Source: a virus
Lineage: Duplodnaviria; Caudoviricetes
Direction: 5' to 3' (one strand)
IMG/VR virus record: IMGVR_UViG_3300027804_000106
Coordinates: 1-39,856 of that record
DNA: 39,856 bases
In this document: positions 23,036 to 33,357 of the stretch, in pieces
How positions within the stretch are numbered: the stretch's first letter is position 1
How the letters are laid out: each line of letters opens with the position of its first letter
The notes under the pieces: generated by a model
Database searches by the model: none
The model's input: only the letters and a program-made list of their open reading frames with translations
Told to the model about the DNA's origin: nothing
Translations under genes and position numbers: made by a program

Positions 23036-25254
23036 TATCGTTTTCCATCTGGTTTAACATCAATACGAGGTACACCTAATTGCCAAGCTACACCAAGATC
23101 TGTTGATCTGATCTCAAAAGATAATTGACGGCCACGGATACGTGTATATACCTGACCTGTAAATTGAGGAATAATATATTGAGTAATCGTTGAATAGTTT
23201 TGAGAACTTGTTACCGTATCCACATCTGATCCATATGGTGCACCACCAGAATTTTGACGGCCAAACAATGTCATAGTAACGCTTGGATTATTAACGGTTG
23301 AACCATTAAAATTGACATCAGGCAACATACGCCATACAAAACCAAGATGCTCGCCAGCTTCAATACCAAAGTCAGAGGATTGGATATAAGCTTCAATAGG
23401 TTGTGGACTTGCAGTAGAAACATCATCATTACCTACCTCATGGTATAAAAGTCTGCGGTTATAATCAGCTGCAACAGGGTTTGGTTGGATACCATATTGT
23501 AACCAAGCAGTTCTTGCCATAGTACCATATGTCCATACTTTATCAAGGTAATTGTAAATAACATAACGATCTACCGTTGTACCACCGCTATTCTTACTTA
23601 CATAGAACCACCATACTTCGTTATAACCTTCATTTGATCCAGCGAATATCTGATAAGATTGGTCAACATTTATATCTTCAAATATAAATTGACGTAATGA
23701 ACATGGTAAGGTTGAAACCACACCAGTATACATATAGAACTTATCTTTACCCATCCAGTAAGTCACATTATTTACAGACACAGCTGCGTTAGGTGCAATA
23801 ATAGATATGTTGTCCATCAATACTTGGAATGACCATACATAAGGATAACCAATATATTGCATTGAATATAGGCAAGAGTTAGTCCATACAAGAATTTCTT
23901 GACGGGTGGTTAATCCAGTAACAATAAAAGATCCGTTAGCTAATGTAAACTCACCTGATTGATTAGTTGAATCTGGCACCCATTGATATGGATTACCTTG
24001 ATCAGACCATCTTACAATCATAGGATTAAATGGTGTATTAGATGTGCTAGGATCATAGGAGTTAGAGCCTAAAGCCACTAAGAATTGTTCTGTAGCTGAG
24101 GTTAATATTTGGTTAGTTGTTTTTGGAACATAAGCACCATTAAATCCAGCTGCTGTAGATAATGTAGATAGGTATGATCCACGAGCTGAAACACCAGTTG
24201 AGTCTAGCCAATAAAATATTGGACCACCACGAGGAGCATAAGCTAAGTTAGATGAGTAGTTATCTTGTGACCAAAGTCTTAATTGTTGTGTAATACCAGA
24301 TGTAAATCCTGTTCCCCATCCACGAGTTGCAGAGACTGGTATTCTAACAACTACTGTACCACCAAGTCCTGTTGCTGTCGCATTTGCTGGATAGCTTTGT
24401 GATGCAAACACAGTAGATATCGTATATTTATTTGGATTTACTACAGTGACTTGGAATGCGTGTTCTAATATAGTATTTAAAATACCAGATACATTATTTT
24501 GTACAGAGCTAAAATATATCCAATCACCAGTGGTCAATCCATGTGATGTTTGATTGACAGCTACAGTTGTTGAAAGATTGGTTGTGTCAAATGGATTAGT
24601 TAATGTGTAACCTGTAGTCGCTATAGCACCAGTCCATGGACCAGCACTCCAACCTGTACCAATTGTAGCAATGTCATTACCGATTGGGTATTGGAATTGT
24701 AAGACAACTGTACCACCGCCAGATGCTGTAGATGATGCATTAGATGCAGCTTGTATAGTAAATGTAGTAGTTGATGGAACCGTTTGAACTACATATTCAC
24801 CGCTAATAGTTAATCCACCTACAGCTGATGTAGATGAAATTGTAACATAATCACCAATCGCTGGATTGTAATTACCATCGGTAATTGTCACTACGTTAGA
24901 ACCAGAAACGGTTGAAATAGGATTAGCTGCTAATTGATTTGGAGGAGGAAGTGCTGTTCCATCTGTTTGAACTAATGGAGTAATATCATAATAAATACCA
25001 CCATAGAATATGTAGTACTTTTTATTTGTACCTAAAGATAAGTAATTAGATAATCCATCGGTATCAGTCCATGTCCATAATGATCGTGCAACACCTTCAA
25101 ATTGATCTGTATCTACTTGTACCCAGCCACCAATCTTTTCAGCTTGGCCTGAACGGAAACGTACTTTATCACCGTCATAGAAACCACCTTCATTGGAGTA
25201 GTCAGTTCCTTCACGGTTAATTCCAGCTCTATATGTTAATTTTTGTAATGGCAT
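23035..25254 (-). CDS. Tail nozzle/DNA stabilisation protein (P22 gp10- or T7 gp12-like)
   Basis: 739 aa; KVRFRSG..EKIGGW, VRWSDQ, EVWWFY, RIRGRQ, W.LG.PRIDVKPDGKR; two inserted small beta-domain repeats. Confidence 0.75.
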   Translation of the reverse strand: MPLQKLTYRAGINREGTDYSNEGGFYDGDKVRFRSGQAEKIGGWVQVDTDQFEGVARSLWTWTDTDGLSNYLSLGTNKKYYIFYGGIYYDITPLVQTDGTALPPPNQLAANPISTVSGSNVVTITDGNYNPAIGDYVTISSTSAVGGLTISGEYVVQTVPSTTTFTIQAASNASSTASGGGTVVLQFQYPIGNDIATIGTGWSAGPWTGAIATTGYTLTNPFDTTNLSTTVAVNQTSHGLTTGDWIYFSSVQNNVSGILNTILEHAFQVTVVNPNKYTISTVFASQSYPANATATGLGGTVVVRIPVSATRGWGTGFTSGITQQLRLWSQDNYSSNLAYAPRGGPIFYWLDSTGVSARGSYLSTLSTAAGFNGAYVPKTTNQILTSATEQFLVALGSNSYDPSTSNTPFNPMIVRWSDQGNPYQWVPDSTNQSGEFTLANGSFIVTGLTTRQEILVWTNSCLYSMQYIGYPYVWSFQVLMDNISIIAPNAAVSVNNVTYWMGKDKFYMYTGVVSTLPCSLRQFIFEDINVDQSYQIFAGSNEGYNEVWWFYVSKNSGGTTVDRYVIYNYLDKVWTYGTMARTAWLQYGIQPNPVAADYNRRLLYHEVGNDDVSTASPQPIEAYIQSSDFGIEAGEHLGFVWRMLPDVNFNGSTVNNPSVTMTLFGRQNSGGAPYGSDVDTVTSSQNYSTITQYIIPQFTGQVYTRIRGRQLSFEIRSTDLGVAWQLGVPRIDVKPDGKR

Positions 25255-25703
25255 TATTTACCTTCAAAGAGTGCACGTTCATCTAATCTACGAATTTGTA
25301 GGCCTCGTAGTATTTTACCACCTGCACGACAGTATTTCACTAACGATTCCATAGCCGCCTTTTTATCGCCCCTAAGAAGCGCCTGACGGAGTGTTGATCT
25401 TTGAAAGCATCCAAGGCCCAAATTGAAGCAAAAACTAATAATAGCGTCAAATTCATGTTGTCGAAGAGGCACGTTAGGTAGCATCTTATGTACTCCCAAC
25501 TCGAAGCGTCTGAGATCTGATTTAAGAAGTCCATCTATTTCAGCTTCCGTAAAAGTTCTGTTCCAAGATTCAGGCAATGATTTACCATCCCCGATAAGAT
25601 GACCGACACCCACAGTATACAGATTTGCAGGGCAACGGTAGGGACGATTACGCACGCCTTCATGGTGTTTGATAAGAGCGATACCAGCTTTTGATACATT
25701 CAC
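25254..25703 (-). CDS. Endolysin, GH24 (T4/P21-like) lysozyme
   Basis: IKHHEG...YRCPA..YTVGVGH, FDAIISFCFNLG, GLQIRR..E; GTG start. Confidence 0.92.
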   Translation of the reverse strand: MNVSKAGIALIKHHEGVRNRPYRCPANLYTVGVGHLIGDGKSLPESWNRTFTEAEIDGLLKSDLRRFELGVHKMLPNVPLRQHEFDAIISFCFNLGLGCFQRSTLRQALLRGDKKAAMESLVKYCRAGGKILRGLQIRRLDERALFEGK

Positions 25704-26189
25704 TTATTTCTTTTCCCAAGTTCTTGAACCAAAGTAGAATCCAATAATAGAAGCTACGATAGCCATTTCATCTGTAGAAAATACTTCTTGTGAAGCTACA
25801 ACAAAGTCTACACCAGACCACATAGCCCATGCTAGCGATACAAAATTAATAAGCACTAACTCACCTACAAAGATAAATGCTACTACAGGTCTAACCATAG
25901 CGTTCCAGTTTTTAACTGTTTGAGAACCGCCTTCTACTAATTTTTTATCATGGTCATATAATGCTTCACGTTCTTTTGTGTAAGTCTCAGCATATGTACC
26001 TTCTAATTCAATTGCTGCTACTTTTTCTTGTGATGCAAAGCCTTTTTCTGCCATAAGCAAAGCTTGAGCATTTTGTAATTGAGCCATTTCACGTTCATGT
26101 TTTTGATCTCCCTTTTGTTGAAAAAAGGAAAGGATGTTTGGTAGCCCCGCAGTTGCGAAGCCGAGAATTGAGGAGAGGATGGATAACAT
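25704..26189 (-). CDS. Putative holin (GTA 3TM-holin-like)
   Basis: VRP motif, hydrophobic segments, IIGFYFGSR C-terminus; adjacent to the endolysin. Confidence 0.7.
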   Translation of the reverse strand: MLSILSSILGFATAGLPNILSFFQQKGDQKHEREMAQLQNAQALLMAEKGFASQEKVAAIELEGTYAETYTKEREALYDHDKKLVEGGSQTVKNWNAMVRPVVAFIFVGELVLINFVSLAWAMWSGVDFVVASQEVFSTDEMAIVASIIGFYFGSRTWEKK

Positions 26190-26191
26190 AT

Positions 26192-26593
26192 TTAATTTCC
26201 TAGTGGGTTAGTCATTGCCTTTTTAAGGGCTTTCATATCTTCTTTTACATTTGTTACTGTATCTACAATTTTATCTTGAGATGATCTAGCCATAGCATTA
26301 GCTTCAATTGCCTTACCATAAGCTTCATTAGCCTTTTCTAAAGCACGATTATTAGACATCATAACGTCAACCAATTGTCTTTCAGTTGACTTAGATCTAT
26401 CTTCTAAAACTGTAATACGTGTCTCAACGCTAGACATCTTTTTAACTTCTTCAATTGCCCCATTCAAGTCGTTGAAGAGGGTAATTCCGTAATAGATTGG
26501 TCCACCTATTAACGTTAAGAGTATTGAACCTATCAGCCACAGTTGTTTCACCGAGAAGTGAGATAGTAAATTCTTGAGTTCGTCCATATTCAT
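26192..26593 (-). CDS. Membrane-anchored coiled-coil protein (possible spanin-like)
   Basis: N-terminal TM segment then heptad-rich region ending NPLGN. Confidence 0.55.
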   Translation of the reverse strand: MNMDELKNLLSHFSVKQLWLIGSILLTLIGGPIYYGITLFNDLNGAIEEVKKMSSVETRITVLEDRSKSTERQLVDVMMSNNRALEKANEAYGKAIEANAMARSSQDKIVDTVTNVKEDMKALKKAMTNPLGN

Positions 26594-27464
26594 TTTCCTG
26601 TTCTAAACTAATATATTCTTGCATTTGTTGTTGTTGCATATTGTATCCAGCATTAATTAGCTGCATACTCATTACTATGCCAAAACCTGGCACAATTTCT
26701 TTACTCTTGGGAACAGTTGTTTGAACTGTAATACTTGAGTTACTTGAGCTTTGTGTAGAGCTCGTTGTGTTTGTTGTCGTTGAGCTTGGCGTTGATGAGG
26801 TCGTGCTCAAGCTTACTGACGGCTCCAGTAATGGCTGTTGTGTTACTTGGCCTATATCCGATGTCATCGTAGTATTTGACGTGGTTGACAACACCGAGTT
26901 TGGATTGATCGGGCTTATCGGACTTATAGGACTCGCTGGGTTGTTGATATTCGTAGTCGTCATCTTGCAAGTATCTAATATTGTCGACCAAGAGGTCCAA
27001 GTTGGCGAACCATACGGATCTGAGCATATGGAACTTCTCTGTTCCTGAATATAACCTTCGTAACCAGCTGAACACGTTAGTTGCCTCGTTTCACTAGATT
27101 CAATACACGTTGGTGGATCTTGCGTGCAATTGTTAGAAGTTGTTGTCCAAGCTGTCCAAGTTTGTGCAGTACAATCATAATTCCTACTTTGATTAATAGC
27201 ACCTGATTGGTGAACTGGACAAGATAGGGTTTGATACTCAACTTGAGCTGTGCAAACTGGGACTTGATATACGCTACAATAAGGGTCATTCGGTCTATAC
27301 CAAGTGCAATAATGTTGTTGCAATGCAATCTGAGTGTCAATACCATTACACTGCATTGATCCTTCAAGATACCAACCTTCTGCTGTATTTGTGAAAGAAC
27401 ATGACCAAGCATATGCATTATTCCTTATTGTTAGGAGGAGCAGGAAGAGTATAATTCGGGCCAT
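26451..27464 (-). CDS. Secreted Cys-rich protein with WxxW-C (TSP1-like) repeats and Ser/Thr linker
   Basis: Signal-like MARIILFLLLLTIRNNAYA; two repeats ending WTAWTTTSNNC and WTSWSTILDTC; start uncertain. Confidence 0.65.
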   Translation of the reverse strand: MARIILFLLLLTIRNNAYAWSCSFTNTAEGWYLEGSMQCNGIDTQIALQQHYCTWYRPNDPYCSVYQVPVCTAQVEYQTLSCPVHQSGAINQSRNYDCTAQTWTAWTTTSNNCTQDPPTCIESSETRQLTCSAGYEGYIQEQRSSICSDPYGSPTWTSWSTILDTCKMTTTNINNPASPISPISPINPNSVLSTTSNTTMTSDIGQVTQQPLLEPSVSLSTTSSTPSSTTTNTTSSTQSSSNSSITVQTTVPKSKEIVPGFGIVMSMQLINAGYNMQQQQMQEYISLEQENEYGRTQEFTISLLGETTVADRFNTLNVNRWTNLLRNYPLQRLEWGN

Positions 27465-27885
27465 ATAACTTCTTAAATCTATCAGGATTTGTTTCATACC
27501 AAGCTTTCTTAGCTACATAACCTACAGCACCACCCATAGGGCAAGGTGAGCCACTCATTTCCATAGCATCCCATACTTTAGGATCTTGGCATAGCACCGA
27601 TACAGCAGCTACTTTAAGTCCTAAATCGTTTAATGTTTTAGCTAATTTAATCTTGACACAGTTCTCATCTAGTAAAACTGTGCCACCAGATAAAGATACA
27701 AATCCTAAGTTGCCTGCTGCACTCACTGGTACTGCACATACATCTTGTGAGAATGCAGACATACTAGGTGCCATAGCACTAGGCACTGGCATACCTTTGT
27801 TATTAATAGTAGTTGTATCTGCGTGAGCATGATGCACGCACCAAAGCAAACAAATTGTAATTAAAACTCCAATTAAAATCTTCAT
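27418..27885 (-). CDS. Secreted Cys-containing phage protein
   Basis: Signal peptide ending AHA; PSAMAPS...DVC...DENC..IKLAK...KVAAVSVLCQD...PCP. Confidence 0.75.
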   Translation of the reverse strand: MKILIGVLITICLLWCVHHAHADTTTINNKGMPVPSAMAPSMSAFSQDVCAVPVSAAGNLGFVSLSGGTVLLDENCVKIKLAKTLNDLGLKVAAVSVLCQDPKVWDAMEMSGSPCPMGGAVGYVAKKAWYETNPDRFKKLYGPNYTLPAPPNNKE

Positions 27886-27892
27886 ATCATCC

Positions 27893-29194
27893 CTATGAAA
27901 TAGATATTAAAACATATCCAGCGCCACCAGCACCGCCAGGATGTCCGCAACATGAACCGTTTTGTGCGCCACCACCACCTCCGCCTGAGCCTTGAGATCC
28001 AGCAGAGCCTGCACCATTACCACAACCGCCTCCAGGTCCGCCAGCACCGCCAGAGGTATAAGTAGATGCACCACCATTACCACCACTACCTGTGCCTTGA
28101 GTACTAGATCCATTAGATCCTGCAGTGCCACCTGCGCCACCTGATCCACCTGTACCTCCAGGAGAAGTACCTCCACTACCACCGTTAACACTTAACAATA
28201 CTGTAGCTCCACGACTTAATGTTGTTGCTCCACCTGATCCTCCAGAAGATCCACTAGGTCCACAACCTCCAGCACCGCCACTACCTCCAACGCCCACAAC
28301 AACAGTTAAAGCTTCACCTGGAGTAACAGCAACTGTGCCAGATGTAAAATATCCTGATCCTCCACCGCCACCTGACCATCCATAATGTATATAACCACCA
28401 TCGTTACCAGCAGCGCCACCGCCACCTCCGCCTGTTAAGGCAGCTGTGATTGATGTAATTCCGCTTGGAACTGTATATGTATAAGTTCCTGCTGAAGAAT
28501 AAGTTATTACATTAGCGTTTAAAGGTGTAACTGTAACAAAACCTTGTGTACCAGAACCTCCACCTCTATTATTACCACCGCCACCACCACCAGAGCCATA
28601 ACCTGTACCAGGACTACCCGATGCACCAGTTACACTTGGTCCACCTCCAACGCCTCCCGCACCTCCTGTACCGTACGGAGAACTTGCACCATTACCCGCA
28701 TAAGCAGGGAAAGCTACATTTCCACCAGGAGATCCCGCAGTTCCGCCAGGACTTCCCCCTGCGCCCCCTGCCCTAGCTCCGCCACTTTGACCATTTGCAC
28801 CAGCAGTACAAGTTAATATACCAAATGTAGAGTTACCATTAACATTGCCAACGGTACCTGTAATAACTTGTCCTGGAGATACTGCATAAATGTAATTTGT
28901 ATAATAGCCACCAGAACCACCACCGCCAGAACCATAGTCATCTCCGCCTCCGCCACTACCTCCGCCAGCAATCATATTAACACTTAGTTGCGTAACTGTA
29001 GCAGGGACTGTGTAGCTAAAACTTCCTACAGTGCTAAATGTTGTAGGTCCTATGGTATCGGGATAAAATTGTTTACCTATACCACTCTGATTAATTAATG
29101 CATAATTAACAGATTTCCAAGTGCCTGATTGTCTAACATATAATCGTTGCACTTGTTTCCAAGTACCACTATCTTTTACATAAAGTTTTGGCAT
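27893..29194 (-). CDS. Glycine-rich tail fibre/RBP with two tandem Gly-rich domains
   Basis: LYVKDSGTWK N-terminal repeats; two YTVP.....GGGG...GGGSG domains. Confidence 0.75.
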   Translation of the reverse strand: MPKLYVKDSGTWKQVQRLYVRQSGTWKSVNYALINQSGIGKQFYPDTIGPTTFSTVGSFSYTVPATVTQLSVNMIAGGGSGGGGDDYGSGGGGSGGYYTNYIYAVSPGQVITGTVGNVNGNSTFGILTCTAGANGQSGGARAGGAGGSPGGTAGSPGGNVAFPAYAGNGASSPYGTGGAGGVGGGPSVTGASGSPGTGYGSGGGGGGNNRGGGSGTQGFVTVTPLNANVITYSSAGTYTYTVPSGITSITAALTGGGGGGAAGNDGGYIHYGWSGGGGGSGYFTSGTVAVTPGEALTVVVGVGGSGGAGGCGPSGSSGGSGGATTLSRGATVLLSVNGGSGGTSPGGTGGSGGAGGTAGSNGSSTQGTGSGGNGGASTYTSGGAGGPGGGCGNGAGSAGSQGSGGGGGGAQNGSCCGHPGGAGGAGYVLISIS

Positions 29195-29195
29195 A

Positions 29196-29429
29196 TTACC
29201 ACTTATCTATTGGACATTTTGTGTGAGTTAGTTTTGTTTTTAATTTGATAATACAGTTACATAAGTTGCATTTATCAACGCCTAAAGTTTCAACCTTTTC
29301 TGGACATTGATTGCAAATAGAAATTCTTTGTGCTGCTATTTGATCTGAAACGGTAAATCCTGCAGGCGCTTCTCCTAGGTATCTTGCTATTTCATATTCT
29401 GTTGCTTCTGATGGATTAATGTTTTCCAT
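29196..29429 (-). CDS. Small Cys-rich metal-binding protein
   Basis: RISICNQC...KCNLCNC...KTKL...CPIDKW; start MENINP. Confidence 0.7.
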   Translation of the reverse strand: MENINPSEATEYEIARYLGEAPAGFTVSDQIAAQRISICNQCPEKVETLGVDKCNLCNCIIKLKTKLTHTKCPIDKW

Positions 29430-29431
29430 AA

Positions 29432-30472
29432 TTAACTTACCTGATACCAAATGTCTCCGTCTGAACCGCCAGTTGGAGTGCTTGTTGAAATTGTTTTAGT
29501 ACCCGTACCGTTTGTACCTAAAGTAAGGCCACCCACAGTACTTGATGTAATTGTTGCGCCTGAGATAGCTACACCTGCAATTGTGCCTCCAGTAATTGCT
29601 ACTGCACTAGCATTTTGAGATGACATAGTACCAAGCACGCCTACAGTGGATTGTACGAATGCTGTGGTTGCAATATTAACTGAGTTATCACCAGCTGATG
29701 GTGTTGTAGCAATTGCACTAGCTGCACCTGTAATAGCTGTACCAGCACCTACTAATTGAGATGTATTAACTGTATAAGTACCAATACCTCCAGAGCCTGA
29801 GCTAAATCCAGTTACAAATGTACCTGCTGTAATGCCAGTACCAGATATTCTTTGGCCAATAAATATTGTTCCACTTGATACTGCAGATACGTTAAGAATA
29901 GTACCTGCTACACCAGAGCCGTTACTAATACCACCAGTAAATGAAGCCGATGTATAAGCACCTAGAACACCAGCAGCTAAAAAGTTACCTGTATTAGATT
30001 GATTGCCTAAAACAGATAGATTACCGTTTACTGTAAAGTTACTAGCAGTTCCTGTTTGTGCAGCATAGAATCCAGTACCTGTACCAGATTGATTGGTTGC
30101 ATCACAGTATATTTGTGCAGTTACACCTGATGGAACAGATAATGATACAGATCCACCAGACGCAGACATTGTAATTGTTTGGCCTGTAGCATTTCTTACA
30201 ATGTAAAATTTATTTTGTAATGGGGCTGAAACGGTGACTGTAGAAGCTGGAGTGCCTATAAATACTAAAGTTAAATTTCTAGATTCATCTGTAGTACCAT
30301 TAAGATTAGTAAGGGTATAAGTTGTAAGACCTGTTAAATCAATACCATCAACACCTGTTACGGCTTGTTCTATCAAGTTCCAGTTGTTATTGGTAGTTGA
30401 TCCCCAGGTACCAGCCTGTTCACCATCTCCAATGAGAGTGAGCTTTAGGGAGCTTGAATACGTAGATGCCAT
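29432..30472 (-). CDS. Tail fibre/adaptor protein
   Basis: MASTYS...[16 protein letters not shown]-terminus; [32 protein letters not shown] fibre motifs. Confidence 0.75.
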   Translation of the reverse strand: MASTYSSSLKLTLIGDGEQAGTWGSTTNNNWNLIEQAVTGVDGIDLTGLTTYTLTNLNGTTDESRNLTLVFIGTPASTVTVSAPLQNKFYIVRNATGQTITMSASGGSVSLSVPSGVTAQIYCDATNQSGTGTGFYAAQTGTASNFTVNGNLSVLGNQSNTGNFLAAGVLGAYTSASFTGGISNGSGVAGTILNVSAVSSGTIFIGQRISGTGITAGTFVTGFSSGSGGIGTYTVNTSQLVGAGTAITGAASAIATTPSAGDNSVNIATTAFVQSTVGVLGTMSSQNASAVAITGGTIAGVAISGATITSSTVGGLTLGTNGTGTKTISTSTPTGGSDGDIWYQVS

Positions 30473-30481
30473 AATATGTCC

Positions 30482-31384
30482 TTATTGAGTATCGTCTATT
30501 ACAACCCATGAGCTAGGTTGGAAATTATTAATCTCAGCCCAAGATGTTGACTGAGTGTTGTTAATAGCTGACCAGGTAACAGCTTGGTCATCGTTTATTT
30601 TAAACCATCCACGAGGGAATTGGGAGTCTAACATTGATAATGTTTCTATGATAGAAGCCTGGAATTGAGCTGCTACCGCTGCTGAATCCGCTAAATTAGA
30701 GTTTTCAGTGAGTGAAACATTAAAGTTAGAAATCACAGAATTAGCATCAGCTGAATTAAAGCTTTCTGTAACAGCAAATGTAAATACAGAGATAATAGTC
30801 TCTATGTCTGCCATTGTGACATTTTCAGCTTTACTTGCTACAAAGTTAGCTATAACGCTTGCTGCGTCAGCCATAGTGATATTTTCAGTACGGCTTACAT
30901 TAAACTGAGCAGTGATAGCGTTTATATCATTTAGGTTGCTGTTTTCATTCAAACTAGCAGAAAACTGTGCAGCGATGGAAACAATATCTGCCATAGTAAA
31001 TGGCTCTACTCTAGATTCTAATGCTGCAAAGTAGTCTATTCTTACATCATCCATCACTACATTTTCTGTCTTACTTGTTGCGAACTGCGCTGTTATGTTG
31101 TTAACATCTGCTAAATTAGAATTCTCTGTAATGCTTGATGCAAACTGAGCTGTAACATTTTCTACATCGTTCATTGTTACAAACTCATTAATAAGTCCAA
31201 AGAATGAACCTGCTGTAGCATCAATATCATCCATAACTATGTTTTCTGTGACTGACGGTGCATACGCAAAAACTTGGCTGTTTAAGTCAGCCATGTTGAT
31301 ATTCTCAACCATAGAAAACGAGAATGCTGTGCCTCCACCTAGGGTTGCAAAAGGGGCTACGGCAAAGGCGGAATTACCAAACAT
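30482..31384 (-). CDS. Virion protein with exact 20-aa tandem repeats
   Basis: MFG...F...PF N-terminus; 11 full E(N)xx(M/L)xD-type 20-mers; C-terminal WxxI repeats. Confidence 0.75.
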   Translation of the reverse strand: MFGNSAFAVAPFATLGGGTAFSFSMVENINMADLNSQVFAYAPSVTENIVMDDIDATAGSFFGLINEFVTMNDVENVTAQFASSITENSNLADVNNITAQFATSKTENVVMDDVRIDYFAALESRVEPFTMADIVSIAAQFSASLNENSNLNDINAITAQFNVSRTENITMADAASVIANFVASKAENVTMADIETIISVFTFAVTESFNSADANSVISNFNVSLTENSNLADSAAVAAQFQASIIETLSMLDSQFPRGWFKINDDQAVTWSAINNTQSTSWAEINNFQPSSWVVIDDTQ

Positions 31385-31539
31385 TATTCGTCCGCAGGTA
31401 AGGGCTCGTTACCCTCTTCAAGCCATTTTAGGTAGGCTTGGTAGTCTGTGTTAGCTGGGTCAAATGGAATATAAGAGTTGTCAGCTAGACGAATAACAAT
31501 ATTTATTTCACCCATCAAATTTTTATATAGTTTGTACAT
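31384..31539 (-). CDS. Small tail-fibre-associated (chaperone-like) protein, 51 aa
   Basis: Manual: MYKLYKNLMGEINIVIRLADNSYIPFDPANTDYQAYLKWLEEGNEPLPADE; IP.DPANTDYQ.YL.W...GN.P motif. Confidence 0.8.
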   Translation of the reverse strand: MYKLYKNLMGEINIVIRLADNSYIPFDPANTDYQAYLKWLEEGNEPLPADE

Positions 31540-32463
31540 TTATAACTCCGCAGAAGCTTGCATTACGCCAGTTGTAGCAGTATAACCATCACTAGGTGCA
31601 GTGCCTCCACCGCTTACGCTACTATTGGCTATACCATCCCAAGTCCAAGTAAAGCCACTAGGATCTGATACTTTTGTAATTGTTGGTGTTGCTCTCATTA
31701 CTACAGGAAAAGGAACTGTACACGCTCTAAATCTATCTGATTCTCTTGCTTTAAAATATCTGTAGTTATCTGGATTTGTCCAAAAATACCTCTGACAATT
31801 AGCCAATTCCTGACTATAAAGTCTTTTTTCCAAAGGAGTTACTGTTGAGCCTGCCTCTAGTTGGACATCAGCATAATTAACTGTAACCCCTGATGGTTGT
31901 ACAGATGAATTTAATAAATAGCAAGTTAAACTTACGCAAGTTGCTGGTATAACAAAAGTTGCTTTAATTTGTTGCCATGTTCCTGTTGGTGTAACTGTAG
32001 TTGCTGATGTTGGTGTAATTTGTCCTACTGACACAGTAAAAGCATCTGTAGTATTAGAATATATATTCCATGATAAATTACCAGTATATGAACCAGCAGT
32101 AGTTTGAACCCAACCTGATAATGTAACTGTTTGATTTCTTAAATCTGTAATATTAACTGACTCAATACATTGCAAGATATTAACAAAAGTTGAAGAAGCA
32201 CTTGTTGTCCAAGTTAAAAAATAGTTACCATTTGGTGATGTAGGATTAGCTGATTTAGATATTGTGCAATTTGCAGAACCTGCAATATACCATCTATCTG
32301 CACATGAGTAAGTATTAACAGTAGTAGTAGATGTTGCTCTTTGCCAAACTTGAAATCCACCATTTATAATACGGTTCTTTAGCACATAAGGTGACGCTGC
32401 AGCTCCTTGTAGAGATGAGTCGTTAAAGGTTACTCCCGTGGTGCCGTCTACTATTAAAGACAT
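31540..32463 (-). CDS. Tail fibre/RBP with carbohydrate-binding-like domain
   Basis: KNRIINGGFQVWQR, ADRW, VQLEAG..TP.E.R...EL..CQRY, FPV.MRATP. Confidence 0.8.
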   Translation of the reverse strand: MSLIVDGTTGVTFNDSSLQGAAASPYVLKNRIINGGFQVWQRATSTTTVNTYSCADRWYIAGSANCTISKSANPTSPNGNYFLTWTTSASSTFVNILQCIESVNITDLRNQTVTLSGWVQTTAGSYTGNLSWNIYSNTTDAFTVSVGQITPTSATTVTPTGTWQQIKATFVIPATCVSLTCYLLNSSVQPSGVTVNYADVQLEAGSTVTPLEKRLYSQELANCQRYFWTNPDNYRYFKARESDRFRACTVPFPVVMRATPTITKVSDPSGFTWTWDGIANSSVSGGGTAPSDGYTATTGVMQASAEL

Positions 32464-32472
32464 TATTTTTTC

Positions 32473-33090
32473 CTATTCATATAAGATGTTAACCGAACCA
32501 GCATCAAATGTATCTGACCCAATTATTGTGGTTACACGGATGCGGTCTAGTGTGCCAGAAAGAGATACTGATCCGCCAGGTATAGATAAATAATTAATTG
32601 CTGTTCCAGCAGTTGTAGCACCACTAGCCACCCATGCATTGCCTGATATATTATAAAATGTTACTTGCCCATAAGTTAAATCCCCAGCATTTCCGCCAGA
32701 TGCAATTGAAATTCCACTAGTTGATGTTATTGTTCCTGTACTTGCTCCTGCATATCCAGTAATGTTTGAATATCCAGATGTAGTAAATGATCCAGATCCT
32801 AGTTGAATTAAAAAGTTATCTGCACCGCTTAAAGATACCCCATTAAATAGCATTGTTACTCTTTTAGCCCAATTAGGAATACCAGTAAATGTTATTACTG
32901 TGCCAGATGTAGAAGCTTGTGATGTGCCAAAGGTAATTAAAGAAGTTCCAGGTGTATAGGTGTTGATTTGAAATCCAGTAGAAGTTGCCGTAGCTACAGT
33001 CGTACCCGCACTTTGTAGTTGAAGCTGTCCTGTGTTATCAGAAGTTATAACTACGCCAGAGCTTGTTGTAGAATTTATTGTTGATGCCAT
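32473..33090 (-). CDS. Tail fibre-like protein
   Basis: FTGIPNWAKRVT...LDRIRVTT...FDAGSVNILYE. Confidence 0.75.
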   Translation of the reverse strand: MASTINSTTSSGVVITSDNTGQLQLQSAGTTVATATSTGFQINTYTPGTSLITFGTSQASTSGTVITFTGIPNWAKRVTMLFNGVSLSGADNFLIQLGSGSFTTSGYSNITGYAGASTGTITSTSGISIASGGNAGDLTYGQVTFYNISGNAWVASGATTAGTAINYLSIPGGSVSLSGTLDRIRVTTIIGSDTFDAGSVNILYE

Positions 33091-33093
33091 GTT

Positions 33094-33357
33094 TTATCCT
33101 TTTGGGTACTTATTTTTTACGGGGTCAATCATGTCTTCTTTCCAAGCATCAATCCCGTTGTGATAAATATAATCTAGTTGGTCTGCGATAGCTGGGTATT
33201 CTTGGGCTCTTTTTTCTTTGTATGCTTCTGCATCCATTAAAGCTTCTACTGCTTCATTATTATATGTAACTTCATTACCATCTTTATCGTAAGCAACATC
33301 ACCACGAATAAGTGTTACATTAGGATAAAGTTTATATATAGCTGAATGTTTATTCAT
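33094..33357 (-). CDS. Tail fibre assembly chaperone-like protein
   Basis: R..EYP.IADQLD.IYH.G...W......VK.KYPK. Confidence 0.7.
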   Translation of the reverse strand: MNKHSAIYKLYPNVTLIRGDVAYDKDGNEVTYNNEAVEALMDAEAYKEKRAQEYPAIADQLDYIYHNGIDAWKEDMIDPVKNKYPKG

